Shown: piece after piece, positions 61,601 through 64,000 of the stretch
Layout of the letters: every line of letters starts with the position of its first letter
Position numbering within the stretch: position 1 is the stretch's first letter
Assembly (NCBI RefSeq): GCF_009834535.1
Contig: NC_045697.1
Location: 30,196,001-30,260,000, forward strand
Direction of reading: 5' to 3'
Length of the DNA stretch: 64,000 nt
DNA from: Camelus ferus
Lineage: Eukaryota
Made by a program: the position numbers and the translations under genes
The notes under the pieces: model-generated
Databases searched by the model: none
What the model was told of the DNA's origin: nothing
What the model saw: the letters and a program-made list of their open reading frames with translations, nothing else

Positions 61601-64000
61601 CGGTGTAATTTCCTCTGAGACGAGGCAGGCCGGCTCACGGCTGCGGGACGTGGAGCGGCTGCTGGTCTTCCAGTGGCTGGATCAACCCCTTTAAAATGCT
61701 CTTCCAGACAAATTACAGCTCATTACACACAGCCTTGCACCATGCCATTATGTCAGAGGAAATCTTTTTTCATTTGCACAAATTTGCTTGGAATTCTCAT
61801 ATTTATTTGAGCATCCATTATCGAATCTGAACATTGAATTATCCACAATTATTTTCTGGGTACGCGGATGTTTGTGTATACGGAATAGATGGTGACTGCG
61901 GGGCTATAAAAATATTACCGTGAGGCGGAGAACCCCACGTACTTTGCAGCTGTGTTACAGAGAGCATTGTTTGACTGTGGAAAGAGAATTGACTTTTGCG
62001 AAGATATTTACAAGATTCCTTTCCTTTTTGAACATCCTCGGAAGGAGACTAACTCTGCTGTCTGACTCTTTCTCTGCTCTGTGATGTATAAGAACTACGA
62101 ATTCTCTGTTACACCTGGGTTCAGAGCCTCTTCTCCCTCCCCATGCGATTTGGTTTTTGATGGTCATTTTCCTATTAATCATATCCTGGCGTATATTCTT
62201 GAACAAAGCATTTCTTTTGATTGCTGAAAAAAAAAAAAAAACACCGCTCTCCTGAAACTCATTGCTTTCTTTGTCATTTTTCTCATAATGTTGCCATAGC
62301 GAAAGTGGGCTCTATTGCTCAGAAATACGGACATATAATCACACAATTAAATAATTATCTAAAAAATTTAACTAGTGGCACACAAAGCCTAATTGCAAGG
62401 GTGTCTGTATCACAGCTTTTCAACTGTTACTATTGCTTAGCCTAATAAAACTCTGCTTTATGTAATATTTCTAAATTGAGTGCAGTACCTCTCAACATTA
62501 TTTTATCCAGTCATTCAGGCTTGTATCTAAATGCCTCGTCAACCTTTCCAGCGACTAAATAATTAAATGTTCTCTATTGACTTGTTGACATTTCCCTCCT
62601 TATGGCAGGTGTAGATTCAAAAGGAAAATGCAATCATTCTCCAAAGCCGACTTTTGTTTTCTTGAAGGCTTTGATACACGGATAAAACAACTTGAAAAAA
62701 CTCTAAGGCAAGTATACCTTTAATCTCTCACTATGATTTTGTAAATCCAACTCAGCAACAAGAAAATAAGATGTGCTTTTGCATATAGGATTCGTTTTGG
62801 TCGAAGAAATCAGTAGTACTTAAAAATCAAGGTGAGTAAATAATCTATTATTTTGCCAGCCATAATCCATAAACATTAGCATAATTTACTTTTTTTAAGT
62901 AAAAAAGAAAATAGATTCTACATGATATAAGTAGTGGCTACCAGAATTCAGGAAAACAGAATGGGTTATCAAAGTAATGGGAAAGCTGGATTCTTGTGCA
63001 GCACCAAAGCCATCGCATTCTGCACTTCAGCCCTCCAGAGCTTTGACTCCTCTAAGATCGACTGCAGGGCTGGAACATGTCACAGACTTCCCAGCTTCTC
63101 CTTACTGCAGGAAACTTTGTAATAGCACTCAGATAAATAAAGAAACTGGGTTGGAGATTATTGCTTTCATTGTGCTATTGTATATGTGTATTATATAGTC
63201 CTTCCATAGTTTGACACAATCAGTTGAATGTGGGACAAGACAAATGTTGTATATGACAGTGGGGTAGTATTGAAAGATGACCCCATATCTAGAGGGCTAA
63301 GAGTTATGGATGCATTGATAGCTGCTACTAACATTTTGAAGCGTGGCTGTTAAATTTTGCCTGCTGGCTTCTGGCTGGAGGCCGGCCTGCCTGGGCAACA
63401 GAGCAATTGAAAGGAACTGCAGGCAGCTTTTTTTTTTCAGTATACATCAAGGAACTTTGTTCTTCTTTTATTATAACTGACCACTGAGAGGAGTGGCTTC
63501 TGAAGAAAGCAAGCCAACAAGGCACATTGAACACTTCCCAGCTAATCTTTGTTGTGCATTTTATTCGCTTCCAGTAGGTACTTTTTTTTTAAAATAACTT
63601 TAAAATTTTTAAAGACACATTCCTAAACCTGTGAAAATCACAGGAAAGTCAGAATATATAGAAAAAACATTTTTCATGATAGAGTAGGACCTACTGAGAA
63701 AACATTATTTATAGGGAAAATGAGGTAAATAGCATGTCTTATAAAGACCTGTGGGAAAATTATATGATAAATAGAGTCACACAAAAATGCATCTAGAATG
63801 TTTGGAAACTAGATTGTGAGTGATGTTTATCTTCAAAACAATAAATAGATGAATGGTCTTTGAAAATATGGGGCATGTTTATATGTGCAAAAGAAAATGA
63901 ATCACAAGAATATTAAGCTTCCAAGTTTGAATAAATGATATATTTAAACAATTGCAAGTTCTTTGTAAAACATTACTAATGACCAATCTCTTTTATAAAT

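Overview
Mammalian non-coding genomic DNA, most likely camelid (alpaca, llama or camel). This is inferred from six copies of a tRNA-Ala(AGC)-headed SINE resembling the camelid Vic-1 family. I found no host protein-coding exon, RNA gene or CpG-island promoter. The listed ORFs are short and fall in repeats or non-coding sequence. The only recognisable coding remnant is a decayed ERV-L gag/pro/pol provirus (about 41.8-45.3 kb) with a destroyed RT active site and four nested insertions. Much of the window is ancient repeats (MIR, L2, L1M, MLT/LTR16/LTR33, hAT MERs), many with readable target-site duplications (TSDs). These alternate with repeat-poor blocks rich in homeodomain, TALE, TCF and SOX motifs (about 4.4-6.4, 10.2-16.8, 35.9-39.0 and 58-64 kb). 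The layout resembles a gene desert or large intron near a developmental regulator, but the gene cannot be named from this window. The most notable unexplained structures are a diverged ~122-bp tandem duplication with block-like identity (5772-5985), a MIR tail carrying NKX, E-box and CArG sites, a composite nuclear-receptor element next to a G-quadruplex motif, and a CTCF-like site at the edge of a transposon-poor block. I see no convincing evidence for a novel coding system. Repeat family names come from remembered consensus sequences, and boundaries without a TSD are approximate.
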